Below, one piece after another: positions 1 through 10,939 of a stretch of 64,000 nucleotides of DNA (its first letter is position 1; each line of letters opens with the position of its first letter). The position numbers and the translations under genes were made by a program. The notes under the pieces are model-generated. The model searched no databases, was not told the origin of the DNA, and saw only the letters and a list, made by a program, of their open reading frames with translations. This DNA comes from Armatimonadota bacterium (lineage in GTDB: Bacteria; Armatimonadota; HRBIN16), in assembly GCA_963677485.1 (NCBI GenBank), contig OY781964.1, positions 1,440,001 to 1,504,000 on the forward strand. The letters run 5' to 3'.

Positions 1-1
1 C

Positions 2-313
2 AAGGACAACAACCCCAAAACCGGCTGGAACGGCTATGACTTGATGATCAACCGCAGCCGCAAGAACGGCAAGGCCAGCATTGAGAAATGTGTGGGCAAT
101 AAATGGGCCTGGACCACGATCGGCTCCGCCGCCATGAGCATCGGAAAAACGCAGCTTGAGCTGCAGTTTCCGCGAAGCCTGATCTGCGCGGGTAAGCTGG
201 CGTTTGGCTTCAAGTGGATGGACAACCAACCCACCCAGCCCAGCATCGAGAGCTTCTACACCGATGGCGATGTCGCCCCCAACAGCCGGTATAACTACCT
301 GTTCAAGGAGTAA
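2..313 (+). CDS. C-terminal part of a hypothetical (possibly carbohydrate-active) protein, truncated by the window start
   Basis: Frame is open from base 2 to TAA at 313; protein-like C-terminus FKWMDN...GDVAPNSRYNYLF. Confidence 0.6.
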   Translation, partial: KDNNPKTGWNGYDLMINRSRKNGKASIEKCVGNKWAWTTIGSAAMSIGKTQLELQFPRSLICAGKLAFGFKWMDNQPTQPSIESFYTDGDVAPNSRYNYLFKE

Positions 314-1118
314 GGCAAAGCCCATGATTTCAAGGCAGCTCGTATCGTAATCGATACGGTCGCTTTAGTCGCTAAGTCCGGGCGGTCTTGCGGTACGCTG
401 CTAATCGCCACTGTATATAGACCAGTCTATTACCCATAATTATTGCATGGCCAGTAGGTCACCGATTCCGCGACATAAATGTCTCGGCTATTGAACACCA
501 AGACTGCTGAAGCAGTCTTCATTAACGTTATCTTTGTCGGCAATGAGCTCCGCAGCCCGGTTTACCGGGCTTGTTGATCAACAGCCGAGACATTTATGTC
601 GCGGCACATGGTCGATACGATCCCAATTGGATTTGTGGGTAATAGACTGGTTTATAGACCGCGCCGGTCTTGTTCCCGACACATATCATTCATGGCTATC
701 CGCCAGACCGGCGGTCTCGAGCCTTCTGCATCCGCTAGCCTACGCACAGACCGCCCCGGACTTAGGCAAATAAGTGATATACATGCACCCGCCCGTGCAT
801 GCACGGCAGCCCATGCTGCAACTAATGATGTCGGCAAATGGCCACGGGTTCAGTCACCTCACGGGACTGGCGTCCCTAAGGGGTTTCCTCACCGCGTGGC
901 TGATCATTAGCGGCCGGCGTCGCTACGCTCCTGCAGGCGCAGGGATTATCCCCGCGTCCGCTTCAGCGGACAGCCAGATGATAAGCGACGGGTGACGAGG
1001 CCTGCTTTAGCGTGCTGATGGAACCCGTCGCAGTGTGGCAACATAACCTTTATAAAGCCGAGTAGTATTCAAGCACCCGCCCATGCTGGCACGGCAACCT
1101 ATACTGTAACGGATACGG

Positions 1119-1202
1119 TCGTAGGGGCGCCCCTTGTGGGGCCTTAATCGTTGTTCATTCTATAATTCTTGTTTAGGTCGCCCACAAGGGGTGCCCCTAC
1201 GA
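1119..1202. repeat. REP doublet (REPIN-like inverted pair of GTAG palindromes)
   Basis: GTAGGGGCGCCCCTTGTGGGGCC ... GGTCGCCCACAAGGGGTGCCCCTAC. Confidence 0.75.
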
Positions 1203-1339
1203 CAAGTTATTCGGTAGTTAGTCATTCACCGTCGTAGTCTCATATGATTCCGTTGCGGTGGACGCGGCGAATGCATGTACGCAGAAATGCCCTGGAGTGT
1301 GCGATCTCCAGGGCAATGAGGAGGCGAAAGACTACTAGC

Positions 1340-2149
1340 CTAGTTGATTGGGCTGCCTGCAGGTGCACCAGCAGCGGGCCATCCGCATGCCGGTGTGGTT
1401 GTCCACTTCTTGCCAAACTGCACGAGTTTAGCATGGCCATCAAAGTAGGCGGCGTTGAAGCCTTGAGCGTGGTTGCAGTTGCCGTAACGCTCTTTCCAAG
1501 GCTGGTTAGCATCGTTGCGAGCGTCCTGGCCATCCCAGCCATAGTTCCCGTATTCGACGAAGAAGAATCGGTCAGCAACCCAGTTGCTACCTTCGCCTAC
1601 GGGGTCATTACTTAGGTTGCGGAACTCTGGAGTGGTCGTGTCACCGTAGTTCACCATTGGCCAACCGACTGATCCGTTGTAAACCCAGTTGGGGAACCAT
1701 TCGTAGGTTTGATTGCCCAAGTCCATATTGGCGGTTGAACCCTTGACATTACTGCTTGGGCAGTAGAAGATGGTTCGGGTTTTGATGTAAGGCTTGAGTT
1801 GGATGTTCATTAGGAAGCGGTAGAATCGGTAGCCATAGCAGCCCCAGTCAAGATCAAGAGCGGCGTAGGTATGGTCAACTCCCCAGTTCCTCGGGAATGA
1901 CAATGGACCGTCGATTTGGCCGTCGCCATCAAGGTCGCCACCGGTATAACAGCCGTTGGGGAAATCACCTTCATAGTCGTCAGCATACAGCTTCATAGCC
2001 AGACCAACCTGTTTCGTGTTGCTCAGGCAGCTTGACTGCTTGGCCTTTTCGCGAGCTTGTGCAAATACGGGGAATAGAATAGCTGCCAGAATCGCAATGA
2101 TTGCGATAACTACAAGCAGCTCGATGAGGGTAAATCCGTTACGTTTCAT
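1340..2149 (-). CDS. Prepilin-type N-terminal cleavage/methylation, DUF1559 / H-X9-DG protein (copy 1)
   Basis: [25 protein letters not shown], SCLSNxKQ, FYCPS, H-X9-DGH motifs. Confidence 0.9.
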   Translation of the reverse strand: MKRNGFTLIELLVVIAIIAILAAILFPVFAQAREKAKQSSCLSNTKQVGLAMKLYADDYEGDFPNGCYTGGDLDGDGQIDGPLSFPRNWGVDHTYAALDLDWGCYGYRFYRFLMNIQLKPYIKTRTIFYCPSSNVKGSTANMDLGNQTYEWFPNWVYNGSVGWPMVNYGDTTTPEFRNLSNDPVGEGSNWVADRFFFVEYGNYGWDGQDARNDANQPWKERYGNCNHAQGFNAAYFDGHAKLVQFGKKWTTTPACGWPAAGAPAGSPIN

Positions 2150-2480
2150 CGTGCATCTCCCATGGAATCATGTAATCGTGAAGACACCACATCAACATGA
2201 GTGTATAGATGATGTTTCACAGTTGCCTGATATATATATACATCCAATCTACGTAAAAGCTTGCATGAATATACCAGGTATAATTACCAGATTTTACCTT
2301 CCGTGGGGATTCTTTGAATTTTCCGACAGCGGGTGTGATGATTCGGGAGCGATTCAGTTCACCTTTAGCGTGTGAGTGATCGGGCTACGTCAGCCATGGG
2401 AACCAACTCGTTGTCTGTATTTTTTATGTTATATCTGGTGGCTCCTCTCTGTAATGGTTGCTGGTCACATGTTTGTCTAG

Positions 2481-2515
2481 TGCAGCTCTGAAGTCTGATG
2501 GACTTCAGAGCTGCA
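2481..2515. terminator. Hairpin downstream of prepilin-like copy 2 (homologous hairpin at 3682-3716)
   Basis: TGCAGCTCTGAAGTC...GACTTCAGAGCTGCA perfect stem. Confidence 0.55.
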
Positions 2516-2532
2516 TTTCTACCCAACTAGAA

Positions 2533-3342
2533 CTAGTTGATTGGGCTGCCCGCAGGTGCGCCAGCGGCTGGCCAACCTGATGCAGGGGTGCATCTCCACT
2601 TCATGCCGAACTTCACGAGTTTAGCATGGCCGTCAAAGTAGGCGGCGTTGAAGCCCTGTGAGTGGTTCGAGTTTCCGTAACGCTCTTTCCAAGGCTGGTT
2701 AGCATCGTTGCGAGCATCCTGACCATCCCAGCCAAACACACCGTATTCGACGAAGAAGAAGCGGTCAGCTACCCAGTTGCTACCCTCGCCTACGGGGTCA
2801 TTACTCAGGTTGCGGAACTCAGGGGTAGTGGTGTCACCGTAGTTGACCATTGGCCAACCTGCGGAGCCGTTATATACCCAGTTAGGGAACCAAGAGTAGG
2901 TCTGGTTGCCCAGGTCCATATTTTTGGTGTTCCCCTTGATGTTACTGCTTGGGCAGTAGAAGATGCTGCGAGTTTTGATGTAAGGTTTGAGCTGGATGTT
3001 CATAAGGAAGCGATAGAAGCGGTAGCCGTAGCAACCCCAGTCGAGGTCTAGAGCTGCGTAATCTTTGTTGACTTCCCAGTTGCGTGGGAAAGACAATGGG
3101 CCATCAATCTGGCCATCGCCATCAAGGTCTCCACCGGTATAGCAACCGTTGGGGAAATCGCCTTCATAGTCGTCAGCATACAGTTTCATTGCAAGGCCGA
3201 CCTGCTTGCAGTTACTGAGACAACTGGACTGTTTTGCTTTTTCGCGGGCTTGAGCAAAAACGGGGAATAGAATAGCTGCCAGAATCGCAATGATAGCGAT
3301 TACTACGAGCAGCTCGATGAGGGTAAATCCGTTACGTTTCAT
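2533..3342 (-). CDS. Prepilin-type DUF1559 / H-X9-DG protein (copy 2)
   Basis: Same motifs, 269 aa, near-identical to copy 1. Confidence 0.9.
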   Translation of the reverse strand: MKRNGFTLIELLVVIAIIAILAAILFPVFAQAREKAKQSSCLSNCKQVGLAMKLYADDYEGDFPNGCYTGGDLDGDGQIDGPLSFPRNWEVNKDYAALDLDWGCYGYRFYRFLMNIQLKPYIKTRSIFYCPSSNIKGNTKNMDLGNQTYSWFPNWVYNGSAGWPMVNYGDTTTPEFRNLSNDPVGEGSNWVADRFFFVEYGVFGWDGQDARNDANQPWKERYGNSNHSQGFNAAYFDGHAKLVKFGMKWRCTPASGWPAAGAPAGSPIN

Positions 3343-3733
3343 CTTGCATCTCCCATGGGATCATGTAATCGTGAAGACACCTCATAAACATGAGTGTATA
3401 GATGATGTTTCACAGGTGCCTGATATATATATACCTCTAAATGACGTAAAAGCTTGTATGAATATACCAGGTAAAATTACTAGTTTTTACCTTCCGGGGG
3501 ATACTATTTTATTTTCGGACAACGGGGGGGGATGCTGCGGGAGCGGTTCAGTTCACAGCTAGTGTGTGAGTGATCGGGCTTCGTCATGCATGAAAGACCA
3601 ACTCGTTATCTGTATTTAGTAAGGATATGTTATATCTGATGGCTCCTATCTGTAATGGTTGCATATCACATTCTTGTCGAGTGCAGCCCTGAAATCCGAT
3701 GGACTTCAGAGCTGCATTTTTACTCAACTAGAA

Positions 3734-4543
3734 CTAGTTGATTGGGCTGCCTGCTGGTGCGCCAGCGGCTGGCCAACCGGTTGCAGGTGTGGTTGTCCAC
3801 TTCTTGCCAAACTGCACGAGTTTAGCATGGCCGTCAAAGTAGGTGGCATTGAAGCCTTGAGCGTGGTTGGTGTTGCCGTATCGCTCTTTCCAAGGCTGGT
3901 TAGCATCATTGCGAGCATCCTGGCCGTCATAGCCCTTTGAGCCATATTCGACAAAGAAGTAGCGGTCAGCAACCCAGTTACTGGCTTCGCCTACGGGGTC
4001 ATTACTCAGGTTGCGGTACTCTGGGGTAGTCGTGTCGCCGTAGTTGACCATTGGCCAGCCGACGGAACCGTTGTAAACCCAGTTAGGGAACCAGTCATAG
4101 GTTTGATTACCTGTATTCTGATTGTTTACAGAAGCCTTGACGTTACTGCTTGGGCAGTAGAAGATGGTTCGGGTTTTGATGTAAGGCTTGAGTTGGATAT
4201 TCATAAGAAAACGATAGAATCGGTAGCCGTAGCATCCCCAGTCAAGATCCTGAGCGGCGTAGGTATGGTCAACTTCCCAGTTGCGTGGGAAGGACAGGGG
4301 ACCGTCGATTTGGCCGTCGCCATCAAGGTCGCCACCGGTATAACAACCGTTGGGGAAATCACCTTCATAGTCGTCAGCGTACAACTTCATAGCCAGACCA
4401 ATCTGTTTCATGTTACTCAGACAGCTTGACTGCTTGGCCTTCTCGCGAGCCTGCGCGAAAACGGGGAATAGAATAGCTGCCAGAATCGCAATGATTGCGA
4501 TGACCACGAGCAGCTCGATGAGGGTAAATCCGTTACGTTTCAT
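3734..4543 (-). CDS. Prepilin-type DUF1559 / H-X9-DG protein (copy 3)
   Basis: Same motifs; start placed at the MKRNG ATG by homology to copies 1-2 and the GGGAG RBS. Confidence 0.9.
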   Translation of the reverse strand: MKRNGFTLIELLVVIAIIAILAAILFPVFAQAREKAKQSSCLSNMKQIGLAMKLYADDYEGDFPNGCYTGGDLDGDGQIDGPLSFPRNWEVDHTYAAQDLDWGCYGYRFYRFLMNIQLKPYIKTRTIFYCPSSNVKASVNNQNTGNQTYDWFPNWVYNGSVGWPMVNYGDTTTPEYRNLSNDPVGEASNWVADRYFFVEYGSKGYDGQDARNDANQPWKERYGNTNHAQGFNATYFDGHAKLVQFGKKWTTTPATGWPAAGAPAGSPIN

Positions 4544-4813
4544 CATGCATCTCCCATAAGATCGTGTGTTGGTGCGTTCAGATCGGTGTTTCATATTTAT
4601 GACTACCGTTCGTGCTGCGCTTCACTGTTACAAGTGTATTGACGTTCAGTGATATCTACATGCACCTAGTAATTATACCAGAATCAATAATTCGTTGCCA
4701 AATATGACGAAAATGACCCCGGAAGATATAACAATTCATCAATATACATAACACCATAGAATAATGTTTTTTCTGAGAATAGGATGACATGGAAATGGAC
4801 CGAGCCAACGGGC

Positions 4814-6922
4814 CTATTCTTGGCGTTCGAACACCATGCAGGTGATGCTCAGTTTGGGGAATGAGATGCCCGCGGTCAGTTGCTTCGATGACCAGCTCAG
4901 CTTGACCGGCTTGATGTTGTCAGCGAAGCCTGTGTCGATCTGCGAGCTGCGCGGATCGCTCGCTTGCTTGCCCCAGGTGAAGCCCGGGATATCCAGCAGG
5001 TCTTTGCCGTTATTGGAATCCAGCGTGTTTCCTTTTAGCTGCCATACCTGAATAGGTGCCTTGGCGGTAAATCCCTGAATGGCCATCTTCGTGCTGATGG
5101 CACTGATGGGGTGCTTGTTGATCACCATCACCGACAGCCTCTTGCCGTCTGCACTCAAGCTGCTGATCGCCTCCAGATACGGGACGCCCTCAACTGCCTC
5201 TATCTGCATCACCGGCCTGCTATTATATGTAGGTGAGGTCACCTGCGAGCTCACTAAATGATTACCAAACTGTTGGCGTAATAGCTGAAGTGTATAGTAG
5301 CTGGGTTTGGGGCCGCCGTCGCCGCCGATGCATCCCATGAAGCTGTATTCGGTCAGTTTGAAGAAGTTTGCCAGCTCCATTTTGGGTGTTTCCATATAGG
5401 CCTTCATCAAGCTGGCCACATAGAGCGCGGAACCCATTGTTTTGCAGTGGTCTATGAAGGGGTCTTTCGGCTCCACTGCGAAGAGTGGGCCATACTCCGT
5501 CACGGCCAGCTTGATGCGCTTGCTGTCTGCCGGCGCATAGCGGTCGATCTGAGCCGATACCTCAGCCAGATTGCGCTTCACCAGTATGGGATACGCCAGC
5601 AGGGCCTGGTATATCTCGTCAAAGCTGGCGTTGCTTGCGCTGGCCCCCGCCACGGCATAGGAGTTATGAACCGCAAGGTAATCAATCATGCTGCCGCACT
5701 GGGTCAGCAGTTTTTCGTTCCAGCGTTCGTCAGACACCATGCTGGCGGTCGGCATATTAGCGCCACCCACCGCAATCAACTGAACGCCCGGCTGCGCCTG
5801 CTTCATCATGGGCGCGAACTGCTTCACCTTGGCAATGTAGTCATCGATGCTAAGGCAGCTTTGCAATCCAACCGCGTCATCGCTCTTCAAGTATTGCTCG
5901 TTACCCAGCTCCCAGAGCTTCACCCGCATCTTTGGCTGATTGCAATACTGGAGCCACTCCACGGCCTCTTGTGGGCTTCCTGTGATGATGTTAGCTTGAA
6001 GCATCGGTTCGGCCCCGGTGAGCTGACAGAACTGTAGATACTCATCTGTGCCGAAGCCATTGGAGCTTGAATCCATACCTGGTCCGTGCGGACGGCTGGA
6101 CCTGGAGGCTCGGTCACTTATCCCGTCGCGCCAGTGGTAGAAGTCCGCAAAGAACCCGCCAGGAAAGCGCAGCGGACCAACACCCAGAGCTTTGGTCAAT
6201 AAAACCATCTCATTCCTGATCTGGTTGGTCTGCGTGCCCCATACACCGTTTGCGTCGTTGATCCACTCCAGGTTGTTGCCAAACAGCCGGGCTGGAATGA
6301 TCCGCCCCTTCACAGACGCGTTGACGGTCAGTTTTGCGGTTAGCTTTTGAGGGGTGGGTGAGAGCACGACCGGTTCTTCGCGCTTCAGGCTGATGTCGTC
6401 TATCCAGGCAGATCCGCTGGTGCCTTCGACGATGCAGGCGATCAGCAGTTTGTTGACACCCGGAGCGATGTTCACATAGCAATTCTGCTGTGTGTAGTTG
6501 CTGCGGGGGAAGTCCTGCACGGTCAACCCTGTGCTGCCCATAGTTCCGTCAGGCTTAAAGCCGATGGTCAGAACACGCGCCTTGCTGCCAGAGGAGACCT
6601 TCAGCCAGCACGATAGCCGGAACCGCTTGCCCTGCCACTTTTCGACATCTATAATCTGGGTGACGCCGAGTAGATGCTGTTTATCGGTGTTATTGGCGTT
6701 GGGGCTAAGCTGCAGCGCATATTGGCCAAGGTGCGCTTCGCCAGTATGACGGCTCACCTCTCCACAGCTCATATTGCCCGCATCGCGCATCCAAATAAGC
6801 GGAAGATCGATGCTCTGCTCAAAGCTCCCATTCTTCACATCCGGGGCGTCCGCCTCAGGTGCGGCGAATACCACCACCGCCAGTAAGGCGAGTAGTGGAT
6901 ACAGAGCAATTCTAAAACGCAT
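4814..6922 (-). CDS. Secreted GH51-like alpha-L-arabinofuranosidase with N-terminal CBM-like domain
   Basis: Signal peptide; NGSFE CBM start; LRFPGG, YHWRDGI, FGTDEY, WELGNE motifs. Confidence 0.8.
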   Translation of the reverse strand: MRFRIALYPLLALLAVVVFAAPEADAPDVKNGSFEQSIDLPLIWMRDAGNMSCGEVSRHTGEAHLGQYALQLSPNANNTDKQHLLGVTQIIDVEKWQGKRFRLSCWLKVSSGSKARVLTIGFKPDGTMGSTGLTVQDFPRSNYTQQNCYVNIAPGVNKLLIACIVEGTSGSAWIDDISLKREEPVVLSPTPQKLTAKLTVNASVKGRIIPARLFGNNLEWINDANGVWGTQTNQIRNEMVLLTKALGVGPLRFPGGFFADFYHWRDGISDRASRSSRPHGPGMDSSSNGFGTDEYLQFCQLTGAEPMLQANIITGSPQEAVEWLQYCNQPKMRVKLWELGNEQYLKSDDAVGLQSCLSIDDYIAKVKQFAPMMKQAQPGVQLIAVGGANMPTASMVSDERWNEKLLTQCGSMIDYLAVHNSYAVAGASASNASFDEIYQALLAYPILVKRNLAEVSAQIDRYAPADSKRIKLAVTEYGPLFAVEPKDPFIDHCKTMGSALYVASLMKAYMETPKMELANFFKLTEYSFMGCIGGDGGPKPSYYTLQLLRQQFGNHLVSSQVTSPTYNSRPVMQIEAVEGVPYLEAISSLSADGKRLSVMVINKHPISAISTKMAIQGFTAKAPIQVWQLKGNTLDSNNGKDLLDIPGFTWGKQASDPRSSQIDTGFADNIKPVKLSWSSKQLTAGISFPKLSITCMVFERQE

Positions 6923-7089
6923 CGAACACTTCCTGCGGGTAATGTGGTAGCTACCTTAATAAATAGACGCCAGAAACGGCTCAATGGGTCAAAACCACGG
7001 AAAAATCGGAATTCATCCACGGATTATGTAGATAGGACTGTATTTTCTCACGCGGAGACGCGGAGAACACAGAGGAACCTAATGGGATC

Positions 7090-8937
7090 ATAGGGGTAGG
7101 GAGAGCTTTCGCTCCCCCTCCCTCCGAACCGTGCGTGCGGTTCTCCCGCACACGGCTCTCCAGTTGGTAGTATTACCTTTCTAAGGATTGGCGATACTTC
7201 TCACAAGCTGTATGTAGTGAAAACAGCCCGTGATGCTCAAAGAAGGCGTTCGGCCATATGTTGTGGTCAATTCCACGACCTACACCGCGGCGTCCGTCAC
7301 GACCACGTAATATACTACGTAACCGCATACGTATCCATCCATCCAAGTCCCTAAATATACGACCATCGCAGTATTTGAAGTATCCAAACCAGCCTCTGGT
7401 GCTCATGTTTAAGTCATGGATGATGGCCTGCAGGCTGCGGCCATTTGCGCGTGGGGTCTTTTCGCGGATCGTATCCTTTAGCTTCTTGAGGCTCTTGTCA
7501 CGAACATTCAGGTATTTACCTTTTTCGAAACGAAAGCCCAAGAACTCAAAGGGCTCGATCAGAGCGTCTACGATCCGAGTCTTTACCGGGTGAAGGGTAA
7601 GACCAGCTCTTGTCGTCCAGTCTCCCAACTTCTGCAAGGCTGCCTCAGCATCTTCCTGGCTTTTGCACAATATCACCAGATCATCGGCGTACCGAACCAT
7701 CTCTATACCCAGCTCTTCCATCATATGGTCAAGTGGGTCTAGATAGATATTCGCCAGCAGTGGACTTATCACTGCCCCCTGCGGCGTCCCTTCATCAGGA
7801 CGCCATTCTGCCACGGTGTCGATAACCCCCTGGCCTAAGTATGACTTCAGTAAAGACAACACCTTACCATCAGACACCTTGCTCTCCACGAGTGAGAGCA
7901 GAGCTGCATGGGGTATCGTGTCAAAGTAGCTCCTAATGTCAGCATCTACAACGTAGGTGTAACCCTGTTCTAGTAGTGCTGACACACGGCCGATGGCGTG
8001 ATGGCAACCTAACCCCGGACGGAAACCATAACTCCTGTCGGAGAAGTCCCGCTCGAAGATCGGCTCAAGCACGTTCCTCAGTGCCGTTTGAACTACCCTG
8101 TCTCTGACTGTAGGTATCCCAAGTGGTCGCTTTTCTTTGCTTCCGGGCTTGGGTATCCATACTCGCAGTATCGATTGGGGGTAATAGATACCCTCAATCA
8201 GCCATGTGTGTATCTCTTGAAGATTGGCCTCAAGATGTTTCCCGAAATGAGCCACACTCTGGTGGTCTACACCGGCACTACCCTTATTTGCTTTCACTCG
8301 CGTGAAGGCATCCATCAGGTTTTGCATGGAGCAGACCTTGTCCATCAGGCTATACCATTTACCTCCATTGACCCCCTCGTCGAGGGCAGCCAACATTCGC
8401 CTCGTCCAGACAGCCGGTAGCATAACAGGGTCAGTGCTTGCTGCTCCCGCGTGGTTAGTCCCTCTAGACACTAGCGCGGGTAACTGTTCCTTTATCTTCA
8501 CTTGGCGAATCTACCTTCCTGCGCTCCCTTGGCTCCACATCCATTACAGACGCTTCAACGCTACTATGGGCGCTCTGACTTCTGCCTGCAACGAACTTAT
8601 TATCGCCACTACTGCAGGCAGATCTCCCTGCTTCACTTACGCGACCTCTTGTGACCATTCCATCCCCAAGCACCTCGCAACCCCCATCACTGCTCTATAC
8701 GCTCACTCTCAAGCATGACAGGCACTGTTTTCACAGCACAAACTTCGCCATTCCTACGCAGGCTCGTTGGTTCTACGCGGCCGAAACGGGTTTGTTATTC
8801 TACGGACTGGTCACTCGCCAACAGTTGCTCTCCACCCCACCTCGCGGTGACGCAGTTACTGCCGACTACAAGGCCAGAGTTGGCGTGGCCTCGAAGAGGA
8901 ATTGCACCTCTTTGTTCGCGTACGCTTGCAGGCGCAC
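7090..8937 (-). mobile_element. Group II intron (full length, 1848 nt)
   Basis: 5' GTGCG at 8937; domain V GAGCCGTGTGCGGGAGAACCGCACGCACGGTTC and domain VI ending CCTACCCCTAT at 7090; rejoined flanks match an empty repeat copy at 9134-9170. Confidence 0.9.
7173..8501 (-). CDS. ltrA: Group II intron reverse transcriptase/maturase (no endonuclease domain)
   Basis: RPLGIPTVRDRVVQ, SYGFRPG, GTPQGAVISPLLANIYL, YADD, domain X RGWFGYF. Confidence 0.92.
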   Translation of the reverse strand: MKIKEQLPALVSRGTNHAGAASTDPVMLPAVWTRRMLAALDEGVNGGKWYSLMDKVCSMQNLMDAFTRVKANKGSAGVDHQSVAHFGKHLEANLQEIHTWLIEGIYYPQSILRVWIPKPGSKEKRPLGIPTVRDRVVQTALRNVLEPIFERDFSDRSYGFRPGLGCHHAIGRVSALLEQGYTYVVDADIRSYFDTIPHAALLSLVESKVSDGKVLSLLKSYLGQGVIDTVAEWRPDEGTPQGAVISPLLANIYLDPLDHMMEELGIEMVRYADDLVILCKSQEDAEAALQKLGDWTTRAGLTLHPVKTRIVDALIEPFEFLGFRFEKGKYLNVRDKSLKKLKDTIREKTPRANGRSLQAIIHDLNMSTRGWFGYFKYCDGRIFRDLDGWIRMRLRSILRGRDGRRGVGRGIDHNIWPNAFFEHHGLFSLHTACEKYRQSLER

Positions 8938-9300
8938 GTAGGGGCTGGGTTTCCCAGCCCGGGGCCTAAACCATTCGTGATCGGTCCGATCCGCCTTATT
9001 CGTCGGATTCCGAGAATGCCTGAACCGCGGATTACACGGATTGACAGGATGACGCGGATAGGACGGGAAATGCCAATCGGGAGATTGGCGTTCCCAGGGG
9101 GGGGCGTGAAGGAGAATAACTGCGCCGGTTTGTGATGGAATCGTAGGGGCTAGGTCTCCCAGCCCGGGGCCTGAACCATTCGTGACCGGTCCGATCCGTC
9201 TTATCCGTCGGATTCTGAGAATGTCTGAACCGCGGACTTTACGGATAACGCAGATAGGAACAGGAAATGCCAATCGGGAGATTGGCGTTCCCAGGGGGGC
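8938..9300. repeat. Two tandem copies (8938-9103, 9143-9300) of a composite REP-like element
   Basis: Both begin GTAGGGGCT(G/A)GGT(T/C)TCCCAGCCCGGGGCCT and end GCCAATCGGGAGATTGGCGTTCCCAGGGG. Confidence 0.85.
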
Positions 9301-9319
9301 GCAGAGAGGGAGCATACAA

Positions 9320-9431
9320 CCACAGATGGCACAGATGGCGCAGATTAGGTCATGACCGCGCCGGTCGATGGCTATGCAGATAACATCCGGCGCGGTGAAC
9401 TGATAATCTGCGTAATCGGTGAAATCTGTGG
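9320..9431. repeat. Palindromic extragenic element with 9-mer arms
   Basis: CCACAGATGGCACAGATGGCGCAGAT ... ATCTGCGTAATCGGTGAAATCTGTGG; related half-element at 59233-59260. Confidence 0.65.
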
Positions 9432-9452
9432 ACTGTGATCTCCCGTTCGTCC

Positions 9453-9902
9453 CTAAGCCTTTTCGGCCATGACCTTCACGCCGTCCAGAATCATCTGCAC
9501 GTTCTGCTCCAGCTTTTTGTGAATCAGCTTCTTCACCAACGCACCTAAAAGCGGTACCTCATACTCGTAGTTCAGCGTGCTGTTGAACCGCGTGGCACCG
9601 GCCTCCTCGGTCAGTTGCCAAACACCGTCCATGCTGGTCATATCGCCCTCAATCTGGCGGAACTCCAGTTTGTGGGCGGCGTCATCCCAGGTGTCGTCCT
9701 CGGTCCAGCCCACCTTCATGTTGAACTCGCGCACCAGTCCCACCCACTTGGTGATGGTGTGGCTGGTATCGGCACTACGCTCCAGCACCACTAGCGACTC
9801 CAGGTCGGCCATGATATTGGGGAACTGCTCTACGTCCTTCATGATCTTATACACGGTTTCGATGGGGGCTGCGATCAGCACGTTCTGTATAATGGTGGGC
9901 AT
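9453..9902 (-). CDS. SRPBCC/START (polyketide cyclase/dehydrase-like) protein
   Basis: IAAPIETVY...DVEQFP, EFRQIEGD...DGVWQL pattern. Confidence 0.85.
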   Translation of the reverse strand: MPTIIQNVLIAAPIETVYKIMKDVEQFPNIMADLESLVVLERSADTSHTITKWVGLVREFNMKVGWTEDDTWDDAAHKLEFRQIEGDMTSMDGVWQLTEEAGATRFNSTLNYEYEVPLLGALVKKLIHKKLEQNVQMILDGVKVMAEKA

Positions 9903-10081
9903 ATGTCAAACTCCTTAAAGTGGCAAAGTGATCTATTATCAGTTCATTATGCCTTTCTGTCTGTCTAGATGCCCAACAGATCCCCGTCATTATCTCAAAT
10001 CATTGCTTTCTACCGGTCGTTTCAGGGTACAAATAAGAAGCAACGAGTCCAATCGCCTATTTCAAGGAGTGATAACCACAA

Positions 10082-10681
10082 ATGGCTCACGAATTACCTC
10101 CCCTTCCCTACGCATATAACGCGCTAGAACCCTACTACGATGCTGAGACAGTAAAACTACACCACGATATTCACCACAACGGCTACGTCACGGGATTAAA
10201 CGCCGCAGAAACCAAAGTGGCAGGTATGTTGGATAGCGGAGATTTCGCAGCAGCGAAAGCACTAGCCAAAGAGCAGGCTTTCCACGGCAGCGGGAACATC
10301 CTGCACTCCATCTTCTGGACCAATATGGCACCCAAGGGTGGCGGTGCGCCCGGCGGTGAACTAGGTAAAAAGATAGCAGCCGATTTCGGCAGCTACGACA
10401 AATTCAAAGCGCTCTTCCTGGCCACTACCAATGCGGTAGAGGGCAGCGGATGGGGCGTTCTGGCCTATCGGCAGGCTGATGACAAACTGGTGGTCCTACA
10501 GGCTGAGAAGCACGAGAACCTCTCGCAGTGGGGCGTCACGCCCATCCTGGTACTGGATGTGTGGGAACACGCATATTATCTGAAATATCAGAACCGCCGT
10601 CCAGAGTGGACCAAGGCGTTCATGGAGCACCTGGTGAACTGGGCCGATGTAGCGAAACGTTACGCAGAGGCCAAGGGGTAG
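10082..10681 (+). CDS. sodA: Fe/Mn superoxide dismutase
   Basis: LPPLPYAYNALEP, HHDIHH, DVWEHAYY. Confidence 0.95.
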   Translation: MAHELPPLPYAYNALEPYYDAETVKLHHDIHHNGYVTGLNAAETKVAGMLDSGDFAAAKALAKEQAFHGSGNILHSIFWTNMAPKGGGAPGGELGKKIAADFGSYDKFKALFLATTNAVEGSGWGVLAYRQADDKLVVLQAEKHENLSQWGVTPILVLDVWEHAYYLKYQNRRPEWTKAFMEHLVNWADVAKRYAEAKG

Positions 10682-10939
10682 ATCCCATGGGGCGGCTCAC
10701 CAGCCGCCCCAGTCCCTCCAGCCAAGGTATCAACCCGCATTACTGTGACTAATCACCTCAATCTCCCTCTTTTTACTCTTATTCACCCAATACAAGCACC
10801 ATATTCGTCTCGTCATTACGCTTAATCTGCACCTTCAACCCCATCTGCTGATATAATCAAAAATGTAAACCCTTATCTCGTTACACCTTAATTTGATATA
10901 CCCCCTCCCCCTGTTTTAGTGGTGGAGATGGAGACTGAT

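Noticed and set aside
7173-8501. Retron or DGR reverse transcriptase
   Set aside because: Domain X, flanking domain V/VI and the GTGCG 5' end identify a group II intron.
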